From Podarcis cretensis (lineage: Eukaryota): DNA of 64,000 bases. Below the pieces are notes generated by a model. That model was not told where the DNA came from. It did not search any database and saw only the letters and a list, made by a program, of their open reading frames with translations. The stretch is taken from positions 43,524,001 to 43,588,000 of the forward strand of contig OX638158.1 in the NCBI GenBank assembly GCA_951804945.1, read 5' to 3'. Every line of letters starts with the position of its first letter. Positions within the stretch are counted from its first letter, which is position 1. Shown piece by piece: positions 11,960 through 23,646 of this stretch. The position numbers and the translations under genes are program-made.

Positions 11960-14861
11960 AATTTATGTAAGGAGTGCTATTTTTATTAAACATTTTACAG
12001 ATTTTGTTCACCATGTAATACATCAACATTTTGACAGTAGTAAAATAATGCTTGGCACAGTTATAAATAAGGTAAATTAAAAAAATACTCAGTTTTAAAC
12101 AATGATGCTCTTATGCATATTACCTGTTAAAACAACTTAGGAGAGCATTGAGAAACTTAAAACCTGCAAAAAGAAAATAGCTTATCTAGGGCAGAAATTT
12201 TTTTTTCATTTGCTTGTTCTGAATAGATCAATGAATATCTATCCAGTATATTTGGATCGCTTTCATGCAGCCCTCTAGAATGGTGTGGTCTGCTGCAATA
12301 AATAACAGAGTTCTTGGTAGAAAAAAATGCTGCATAGATACTCCCCCCCCAAAAAAAAAAAATCTGCCAGATTTCAGAAAAAACCCGTTCAGTATTTCAG
12401 ACTACTAGAATTATTCTAGCTGCCTCAGGTGTAGAACCTTTTTCTGGGCAATTCTAACTCCATTATATTTTCTTTTTGCAGCATAGAGTTAAGCAAATTT
12501 TACACCCAAGTATTTTGGCTCAACTGAAGTAGGATTTATTTTCACTATCAAGGACACAATTATTTGTACAAGGAATCCATATGGTGCACATTACTGTAAC
12601 TTGCAAAAGAAATATAGATGTTACACAGATTTTCTGGAGCTATGAAATATATTTAGCAAATAGATTACGGAGGGCTTTCAACATCAAATGAGATTCTGCA
12701 GAGCTACACTTTCTCCAAAAGGGAGTCAACTCCATGTAATGTAAAATAAGAAATAGATGGCTCTGCTCAAACATGTTCAGCTTGAAACTAAAGTTTACAA
12801 GTAGTGTTGTAAGAATAATATATTCTTATTATAGTTCTAAGTTGTATCTGACAAAATGGCACAGGCCTCTTTTGCCATCCCTGCACCCAACTTCATTCTC
12901 TTTCCCTCAAAAATAGTGTGTCAAAGACAAGGTTGAATTTTTCCAGTATTAAACATTCAAGTACACTAATGTTGCACTTCTGTAAATCTTGGTATCTGGT
13001 ACTTGCAAACTATGCACACCTGGTGATCAAAGAAACGGCTAGAGGGAAAATGCCTACTTGAAAATGCTGAACATCAACTATTTACAGTTTCACTGCTCCT
13101 CTTACTAAGGCAAGGGGCGGGAATACCACTAGATTGCTTTAATACCTGTAATCTGCATATTACAGGAAATGCTAGTTTTGCCAAGCATCAAACATGCAGT
13201 GAAGTTGCAGGGTACAGTGCCTATTAAAGGCAATATTGATCATTACTAACAAGCCTATTAGATATCTTCCTACATTTTTGGTTGGATAAAATGAAATGAG
13301 CAGCTTTTAAATATACTAACACACACACACACGCACGCACACACACTCACAAAGAGAAAACTATTTGATAAATTATGTATATACAGATAAACATTCTTTA
13401 CACTGGTCTCGATCATCTGTATTAAGGTCCCCTCCCCAAATCCCCCTCACAGGATTCTCGAACCACTATGTTGCTACAGCACTTAAAAAGAGAACTTAAC
13501 CGATTTTTCGAGTCTCTCTGTAAACAATAGTTAAGGAAGCAGTGAATAATTCACAAGGAATATATAAAAATGCTGTAACATAAAATCAGTGCATCACATT
13601 CAACAACATAAAACTCTTCTGGAATGCAACTTCATACCACTCCTTACCTTTCAAATATATCTGGTTCTGGTAACTTTGAGACAAACAAAAGTTAAGGGTG
13701 TTTTCCCACTTGCCATTACCATATTCTTCAAGAAGCCATGTAATGTTTTTTTCCCCACTTAAATCTGCTACAAAGGAATTATAACTTTCTTTAGCTTGAA
13801 TTCCATCATTTTATGTAACGCAAAAGAGTTACTTGTTAATCAGTTTTTACTTCTCCAGCAGCCACATTCAATTTAACTGCAGTCATATCCTTCCCCGCTC
13901 CCCTATTACTGAGAGTTGGCCCTTTCACTCTTTGGTTCCACCTACGTGACTTCGCACATCCTCCAATGACTGTAGACTACATCATGCAGAACTGTACCTA
14001 CTACTTAGGTACCAGCATTTCACTGACTGCATATATTATATGTTTTTATTTAGTTTTTGCAGATTATTATGCTATATTTTGTTTTGTGGTCTAATTTTCA
14101 AAAGTCGTATCATGCACCTAAATAGGGCTTTATACTGGACGAGATGTAATTTTGTGCAACTTCACCCACCCTCCCCAAATATACATCTTCACACAAGGCT
14201 TATTACGAGTAATTCAATATATCGGAAACAAGACAGCTTTAACTGCCAACAGCCATTACATTTACGTAATAGTTTTGTGACTAACATCCTTCTGCGTCCT
14301 GCTTCCAACAACTTCACACTTTATGGTGGATTCCCAATAAGACCACATGATTCTTCAGAGTACTGAATGCACATTTTCAATGCACATAATACTATAGCAA
14401 ATCTGTACAAAAATTCCATTACAGGAAATATAATACATTGATCTCAAAGTCTGGCTGCTTTGTAAAATTTGACTTTAATTCCAATGAAATTGTTCAAATT
14501 ATGAAATAAATATTTCATGTTCAGCACAGCATGACTTTAGTATGTTTGTATTTTAACAATCTCATGCTCCATTGTGAAAGCAGTTAAAAGGAAAGAAAAT
14601 GGCGTGAATATGTCTTTGTGAATCATTCCCACGGTAAGGACAGTTAAAATCCTTTTCTCATCTTCCTCCTCATTGTCAGGATTAGCAGTTTATTCTGTCC
14701 TTTGATTACATCTGTTAATAAAACTGATGTAGAGAAGGTACCATTAGATTCACTGTTAGCTCTATTCATAGCATGCTACTGTTCAAGGGATGTGGATTTG
14801 AGAGAAACAAATTTTCAGGCACCACTCAGATACGATATGCTCACAGGTTTGGAGGTGGGTG
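11960..14861 (-). other. ZDHHC17: ZDHHC17 3' UTR (inferred extent)
   Basis: Lies between TAA stop and AATAAA; contains Pumilio-type and miRNA seed matches. Confidence 0.6.
11982..11987 (-). terminator. Probable ZDHHC17 polyadenylation signal (AATAAA)
   Basis: tttatt on + strand at the distal end of an AT-rich, largely repeat-free 2.9 kb stretch downstream of the ZDHHC17 stop. Confidence 0.6.
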
Positions 14862-15000
14862 TTACACTAGCTGGTAGCCACTTCCAGTTGTTTGGTCATA
14901 TTCTATTGTATACTGCCTTGTCCAGTCCACAATAACAGGACGAAAAAGACCGCAGCATCTGAATTCAAAGAAGTCTATAATGTTTCTTATGCATCCATGG
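14862..15000 (-). CDS. ZDHHC17: ZDHHC17 exon 17
   Basis: [45 protein letters not shown]; AG acceptor. Confidence 0.95.
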
Positions 15001-18000
15001 CTAAAAAATACAAACAAAAATGGTTACATAAATATATGTTAGTCCAGCAAGTGCAACAATGTTAGTCATCATTAAGGAGGACTCCGCCCCCCGCCCCAAT
15101 ACATATAACTGTGCTTGTTGATACTTACAGAAACATTCACTGCTACCGAGGAGTGAAAAGCGTCAGCTATCAACCAAGAAGCCACACAGGGTTGTAAACT
15201 CTCAATAGGAAGCTTTAGGAAAGCTATGATTTCTTGGCTTCAGTTTATCTGCCCCCTTTATAATGGGGATAATACTTCTGACCTAGTGTATTGGGTTTGG
15301 GGAAGGACTGGTTACATAGCACGTGTGAGATATTACAAATACCCATTTAAATTGGCTAGAACTGAGTGAATTCATGGTTCTGATGGAACACAATTCACAT
15401 ATCTAATGTGGTTGCACAGTCTGGCCACTCCCACAAATGAGGGTATGATCACTATTTCATCAGACATTCTATAAGTCTCTGGATGCTGCTTTCAACAGCT
15501 CTGGATATGGTCATGTTCCCCCTAAAACAGCTTTCCAAACTTTTTATGTTGGTGACACACTTTTTAGACATGCATTATTTTGCGGCACAGTAATTCAGTT
15601 TTATTAGCAAACTGGAGGTTAAACTAACCCATTTCCCCAGGAGGAGCGTAGGGAGTGTTTGCATGGCACACTGCAGCTGACACACTAATGGGTCATGACA
15701 CACGGTTTGGAAAGCTCTGCCCTAAAAGTTCAGGTCTGTGGTTTGCGGGTTCTCATGGATCAATTACTATCGCCAGAGACAAAAGTGGTCTCAATGGCTT
15801 GAGTGCCTTTATAGCTTTGTCTGATGGCCCACTCCTTATGGATAATCCGGCTTCAGTGGCTTCCTCCTTGGTAACCTCATTTAGACAACTACTGGAAAAC
15901 TCTTATATGTAGGGCTGCCTTTGAAGACAGTCCAGAAACTGCAGCCTGTGCAACCAGACTGCTGATTAGACTTTTACTTTTTGATGTTATCAAATTGCTG
16001 CTGTTTGATCATACTATTGGTACCCTTAATTCCAAAGGAAGAAAGATACACAAGAGGAAGAATAAGGCAGGGTGAACGGGACAAAGAGGTTTGGGGAAAG
16101 AAGAAAATGTAGGAGTCTTTGTCAATTATTAATGGGGTCGTAGAGAAGAGAAAATGGGACCAAATTAGGGAAAGAGAAAGCAGATGTCAGTGTACTCTGA
16201 AGTATTTTTTTTCTAAGGAAGAATCTTTCATTTATGATAATATTTGTTTTGAAAGTTACTAGGTAGCTAGGATTTTTTGTGCATGTCAGTACTAATGGCG
16301 TATTTGCTTCCAAGAGAATCCAAGTATGTGAACAATATGAAATGGTAAATATTTGCATAGGCATGCATAAGTATGAGGGAGAGAGAAAAAGAACTGTAAG
16401 CTTTTTAGTTTTAGAATTTTGTTTTGTTTTGAATCTAGTGCTAAAAGGGGGGGGGTGCTAAAAGAGAAATGTGTTTCTGCTCACATTCCAGTTATTTGTT
16501 TGAGGACGTTGTCCATATTTCAATTTGTATAAAATTTCCAGAGCAGGTAACTATACAACAAAAAAATACTTTGATACCCTTCAAACAGTTTCCCCAATCA
16601 AGATCACACCCCTAACTCAGCTGCTTTCCTGGGAACATGTGGAAAGAGATTCACATCTTCTGTGGCTACCTTTTAGGGAAGGGGGGAAACAACCCAGCAC
16701 CCATTCACCTGTGCCATTTAAGCTTTCCCTCACTTGTGAATACCACCTGCACGTTTGTATAAACACATTTCCATGTTTCTTTATGTACTTACTTAAATGG
16801 GCTTTCGATAGATGTTGTTGTAACTTTAAAGTGCTTATATCGTCTTGCATTCATCCTTTCATTTGTAGTAATACCTAAACAAGAGATCTGGAAGAAATGG
16901 AGGAGGAGAAATATTCAGAATCTTTGAAGATGTAGTATATAAACCCACTAAAGGAGGCATGGGGAACTTCCAGCCCATAGGTCTTATTAGGCCTGGCACA
17001 GGTCCCAATTTGGTCCACAAAGTGGTTCCACCATGTCCATCTGCCCACATCTGATATCATATATGCATCAGGCGTGGAGGAGGGAGAGATGCAGCTGCCA
17101 ATGTACAATAGGGAGCCTTAAAGCACTTTCCCAAATGCTAATTAGCAAGGGAGACTTATTATCACCACCAATCGACTGTCTCCTGGGATCAGCAGGCCTG
17201 CTGGTATAGACTGTGCTATGCAGCTTCTCATGGGGTACTCCACAGCACAGCAAACTGCCTGTTGAACTCAATAGTGCAGTGAATCCAAATGGCCTTGAAG
17301 TGAGAACCTATCAGCTGACAGGTAGTGACTTAAAGCCCACTGGAATAAGATGCACTATTAAAACTCCTATAGGTAAATCTATAGCATAGGCAATCCCTGC
17401 AGAAAGTGGGGGTTGAAGCCAGAACTGTTCTGCTGTAACTTCAAGACCACCTTTGGCAGCTTAGTACAAAGATGAAACAAGTTAGAGCTAAATGGAATAC
17501 TTTTTCTGTATTGCATGCTAACAGAGTTTGCGGTTAATGCACAAAAAACCTCTCTGATACACGGGATGTATACTGATGGTTGCTCTGAGCCATGATGAAC
17601 TTAATAACAGCTGTGAGTTAACAGGTTCAATGATTTATTTTCAAAAACAGTCAAGCAGTAACTTTGGGCCTGCTAAAGAGAAAGTTTACCATAAGAGACT
17701 CTGTCATGTTAACATTTTCCTATTCCTACCAGACAAAACATTGTTAGTGTTATATTACTTTGCCTATTATTTTGAGACACTGGCACAAATAGGCTGTGCT
17801 TGGATTATCATAGTACATCATAGTAATCCAAGATAAGAAAGAGCTTAGCTCCTCCATTTCTGCAAGTGAGGGAACATGCCAGGACGTCCCAGTTAACAAT
17901 AGTTTCTTTTTGTGTCTTAATTGCTGACCCTCATTATCTAAGCAAACCCTCACCCTCAAACACTAATGGCTACTCGGATCAATTTCTTTAGTGAGACTTT

Positions 18001-21000
18001 GCATGTTCTGAACTTGCCTGGGTAAAGTCTTTATTGACTATGTAAAAACAGTCAATTGCGTTTCAGTGATGCAAATTCCTTGCCAGCAGAACAGCTGCAT
18101 CCAATATGTACTTGACGCCAAGTCTTTTCTACTCTCCTTGTGTGTTTCTGTCACTCATGATCATTTATGATAAAAGATACATGAAAACAGATTTGAAACT
18201 AGCCACTTATTTTTTTCAACATTTTTGTATACCAAACCCAACCAAGTTCCATAGTGCTGGCAATCAAACCTGGTGGCACCCAAAGACTTGGGAAATAAGT
18301 GCATTTCAAGTTTGATGCTTTGCATTAAAGAGAGAAACAGGCAAGGGCTTCAATATGCATTCAGATCCTCACATATGCAATGGAATCAACCCCCGGATTC
18401 TCAGGAAGGTTTCTGTCAGCAGAATGAGGAGGTAAGCACTTTTCAGTGATTTCCCATCTCCTCTGCAGCCCTCCCTCAACTTCAAATCTGCTCTGGAGAA
18501 TCTCCCATCCCTCTGAAGCAGATTTAGGAGGCTGGGTGCAAGGGGAAGGGTGGGGAAAGTTTTCTTGTCCCTATTCAACTGGCCTTACTGCTTTACTGTC
18601 AGTGAGCAACACTGTTGAATGCAACCCTGCTTGTTGGCATATTAAGTGCTTTCTCCTACCTGATACATCTGACACATTAGCAGCACAGCCACCCACATGA
18701 AGTGAAATGCGCTATTCAAAAACATCCAGAACATCCAAGGTGAACAGGTGGCTATTTGTGTAATATATGTCCAAAATCCATCTGCTGTATAAGTAGTGTG
18801 ACAGTGGATTCCCCAGTCTGGAATTAAAAAATACGTATCATTGGATTAGAAAATGATATCATTGGATTAGAAAATGTTTCTAAACATGAGCCTGCAGAAT
18901 ACAGGGCATGTTGCATGGGGAACATTTCCAAAAGCATTTTTTATGAGAAAAGAAAAACCCTACCAGGCAACAATCAAGGTATAGGTCAACGTTCACACAG
19001 AACATTGCAGGCACAGTAGGACTTAAACTAGGCATTAAGAAAATGGTTCAGGAAACAATACTCACAAGAGATACATCCATAAATCATCCAGCAAATCATG
19101 AATAGTAAAAAGAATAGATAGCCCATGAAATAACGATGGTTGCCAGCTCCTGAGAAGAAAGAATGGAAGTAAATGTATTTGTTTTTTATGCCATTTTAAC
19201 AAGAGACCAGAAAGTGTGCTTCTAGTAATATATAAAGCATAACTTTCCCTGCCACAAAACTAGAAGAGTCTAGAAGAGTCTTATTTCAGCATGGCAATGC
19301 AGTTCATCACATGCTTTGCAAATAAAGCACAAGCTCCCCTGGGGAAAGAATTGGGAAGTATTCAAGAAGTAAATGAATAAGTGAGCATAAATATGCAATA
19401 TGCAAATATGCAAATATACAATAAAAAGCTGACCTTCAGCCCAGTAACCTTTTCTCCTCCAAAATAAAACTATTTCATTTGCTTATGAATACTAATATTA
19501 CCCTGAAATTTATATACTTATTTGAATATTTATAAACCACAAACTCAAAAAAATGAAAGTGATACACAATAAAACTATTAATGCATCATAAAATTGTACA
19601 AGAAAAAAAGACCAACACTATATGAAATCAGTTCTCTGAAAATGCTCAGGCAGAGATGAATCCAGTTGGAAGTGCTTCAAATGCAAAGCTTAAAGACTGT
19701 GTCTTAGCTTCACAGTCACTAAGATTTGTGACCATACTTGCTTCAAGATCACCTACCAAACATTCACATGAAAAATCTGCATTCCCACAAAAAACAACAA
19801 CCCTGCTCTCTGCTGTATTCATTTGCTAAACTGCTTTAGCTCCCAGTGACGAAGACCGTTGGAGGTCAAGAGGCTGGGCTGAGCTTGCTTATGCTTCTAA
19901 ACTATAGAATAAAAAATGTCTGGCATCTTCTTGGTCTGATAGCAGTGGTGAATACATGAATACTAAGAAACCGTGCTATGCTAAATGCACATACTATTTG
20001 AGATTGAAAGCTAAACACGATGGAAATTTTCTATTCCTTGTCAGTACTTACCTACGCAGTTACCAACCCAGGGGCAGTGATGATCAAACTTGGCTATACA
20101 TCGATTGCACACACCACAGTGTTTGGACCTCACCGGTTTCCGTATCTGTTCAACAGATTTTTATATGCATACAATGTAACACGCTTTTCATATTATCAAT
20201 CTTTAATATGAATTTTGAACACCATGTTACTATTGTTGTTGCTTCTACTACTCATGCATGTCATGATACCAAGAATGTAACCACGTGGAGCTTGTAGTTC
20301 TAGCTTCACCTAACAAAAATATACCTCCCTTACTTTAACTTTCCTCTAAACAGAAGCTTTGTATTTGTCACCTACACCCACTAGACAAGTCTTATATACT
20401 ATACACAAGTCTTACAGCATTTGCAATCGCCAATCTCAATTAAATTGAAACAAAAAAATTCTCCTTTCCATTGAGAAACAGAATTTCCCACTGTTCTGTT
20501 TACTGCCGACACTGAAACTCTGAATTAGAGATCAAAGAAACTGATGACGATACTGATGGAAAAGCTTGCAGAGTTTGCAAAAGATTAAGTATTTTGGTGA
20601 TTTTTATCGTCTGCAGTTAGATCAGTTACTTATGGGTGGATACATAAATAATTTGTATTCCATATAGAAAAAACTGAGCATAACACTGTTGTAATGCTGT
20701 CGGTGAAAACATTTCATCAAAACAAATGTCAGCGCACAAAAGATATTTTATCTTGAGAATGACACCTACAATATTTAACACTTGCATTTTAAAAATAGTG
20801 TATCTATCAAGTAATAAACAATTTGTCTGAAATACAAAATACTCAGATCTGTAGTCAAGACTATCTTATCAATGTCCCAAAGTAAGAGAACACTTATATT
20901 TCACCAAATCTCAAGTTCTTGAAAGATTTTCATACAGAGCAACAAGTTTTTAAATACCATTATAGTATCAAATAATTTATGCAACATGATATATGGTATT

Positions 21001-23599
21001 TAGTTTTAAAGGTTTTATATTAAAGAGTCCAGAGTTGCATGTATTTAGATTCTGGATAGAAATATAAATGTATCATAACAATCTCATAATTCCTGTATAT
21101 TTTGAGAACATTATTATATAAAGCACATTCTGCTTACTTCATTACAGATGTTTTAGATAAGGTAAAACTTTTAATGAAGTGACAGCTGATTATAACTAAT
21201 GTTGGTATTTACTTTATACACACCACAAACTGAACAACAAAATATCCAGTATAAGATGTGTGTGAATCTAAAATGGCACTGTAAATTTAATCTGAAGTTA
21301 TTAATGGAAATTTTTTCATGGTTTTGCTCTATACTCGGAGATCTATGCACTTGTTTGATTTAGTCACAATCTGAAGTAGTCCTCTTCTATCTCCTATTTT
21401 TAGGATTGTCATTAAGGGTTGTCATTAAGATACATAGGAACAACAATAACTTTAAGAATTACTAGGAACTCTTGTATTGCTCCTGCTAAATACTTTGGTA
21501 GTGGGAAGTCTTACCACAGGGAGTGGCAACAGATACCAAAGCACACCTAGTGTACTAGAACATATATTTTTCTATTTGAACGTCTGGAACAGTCTGCTGC
21601 CCAGATTTCTATACTGACTTAAGAGAGCCACTGTATTTTGATATAAAAACCTGTGAGTGTTTTAAGTTAAGCTTCTACCCAAATCCATCTGAACTTCTGT
21701 CAAGGACATCCCACTGGAATACAGAGTGCTAACTTGGTGGGACAGGGACTCCAGTAAGGAATTTTGATATCCTGCTTTCTTCTGGATCCATCACAACCAC
21801 CCTATGGACTTGCCTTTTCCTATTCCTAGGAAGCGTGGCATTCATATGCCCAAATACTGGCTTAGGATTTTAGTTGGCAGAGGCACACTTATACCCTGTA
21901 TGAATATCGCAAGGTCAAAGAATACACTCATTTTCTAAATAGACATGATGTTAAAATTGGTAATTTAATTACATGTAAGCAAAAAAGCATACTACCAAAC
22001 AGGTACTGCAGAATATACTGAGGTCCAGACTTCCTGTCTCTGCAAGTTCCACTATTGTCTGCAGAAAAGGAAAAATAAGAATATTTAATCATTTAAGAAC
22101 CATATTCATACATGCTTCATAAGTCGACTCTAGTTGACAAACTTATGTCATAAAACAATTTACAGATAGGTAGCCGTGTTGGTCTGCCATAGTCAAAACA
22201 AAATAAAAAAATTCCTTCCAGTAGCACCTTAAAGACCAACTGAGTTAGTTCTTGGTATGAGCTTTCGTGTGCATGCACACTTCTTCAGATACACTGAAAC
22301 AGAAGTCACCAGACCCTTCTATATAGTGAGAAGGTGGGGAGGGGTATTACTCAGGAGGATGGTGGGATGGGTGATTGGCAGATAGCTGTGATGAGCCTGT
22401 TGACGACTCTTAACGACTGCAATAGGTCTTACAGGAAAAAGCAAGGGGTGAGAAGGTGAAAAATGGCTTTATCATGTATAATGAGATAAGAATCCAATGT
22501 CTTTGTTCAGACCAGGTCTCTCCATGGTTTTAAGTTTGGTAATAAGTTGCAATTCAGCAGCTTCTCTTTCCAGTCTATTTCTGAAATTCCGTTGTAATAG
22601 AACAGCTACTTTGAGATCTTGTATAGAATGTCCTGGGAGATTGAAGTGTTCTCCTATTGGTTTCTCTGTCTTGTGGTTCCTGATGTCAGATTTATGTCCG
22701 TTTATTCTTTGGCGTAAGGTTTGGCCTGAATAAACGGCTCATCACAGCTATCTGCCAATCACCCATCCCACCACCCTCCTGAGTAATACCCCTCCCCACC
22801 TTCTCACTATATAGAAGGGTCTGGTGACTTCTGTTTCAGTGTATCTGAAGAAGTGTGCATGCACACGAAAGCTCATACCAAGAACTAACTCAGTTGGTCT
22901 TTAAGGTGCTACTGGAAGGAATTTTTTTATTTTGATAAAACAATTTGTTAGCCTTCAAGGTGCCAGGAGATTCTTGGCTGTTTTTACTGCAAAAGCTACC
23001 CCACTGGAAATCCCAACTTCTATCTATTAACACACTCAGATTAGTTTAACACCATCTCAAGCTTGGACAAAAAGATCTTAAGGCCATTTTATTCACATCA
23101 AAGAAATTCGGCACCATTAGAGCCTATATAAACACACATGTGTAATTGGTTCTGCCCCAATTGCCTCTAAGATACAAGGGGACTCTATCCAGTAGCAAGA
23201 TCATTAGTTTCTGGCTGCTTCTCAAGACTGCACCAGCATTAGGGCTGTTGGGTTACTCCAGTAACAGGCATATCCTTTCCAACCTCAAAAATGTATCCCC
23301 TCGCATTCAGTTTGAAGCCGTTACAACCACCCTATGTTCTGCTGCGGTGACATGAAGAGGATAGCTGGGATACATTAAAATCTCCCAATACACAGAACAC
23401 TATATCGGGAAGGAGAGTCTACAGCCTAGTCTTTTTTCTGGACGTGCTGGTTTCCTTTCAAGGATGACATCTTCACCTTCATTTTCAACTGGACCAAAAC
23501 CAACTACACCATGTGATGAGTAATCTGTCTGGGCTTAGCCTTCAAGGTGCCACAACTCTTTCCACAATTGTTTATTGGAAGTTAAGATGCATACTTGAG

Positions 23600-23646
<47 letters not shown>

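Larger units (their letters stand above)
22162..22934 (-). mobile_element. 5'-truncated Penelope-like retroelement with inverted pLTRs
   Basis: 12-bp TSD ataaaacaattt (22150-22161, 22935-22946); 199-bp inverted arms 22199-22397 and 22736-22934; uninterrupted 84-aa frame on - strand (22472-22726) [34 protein letters not shown]...[14 protein letters not shown] resembling the C-terminal part of the PLE GIY-YIG endonuclease. Confidence 0.9.
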
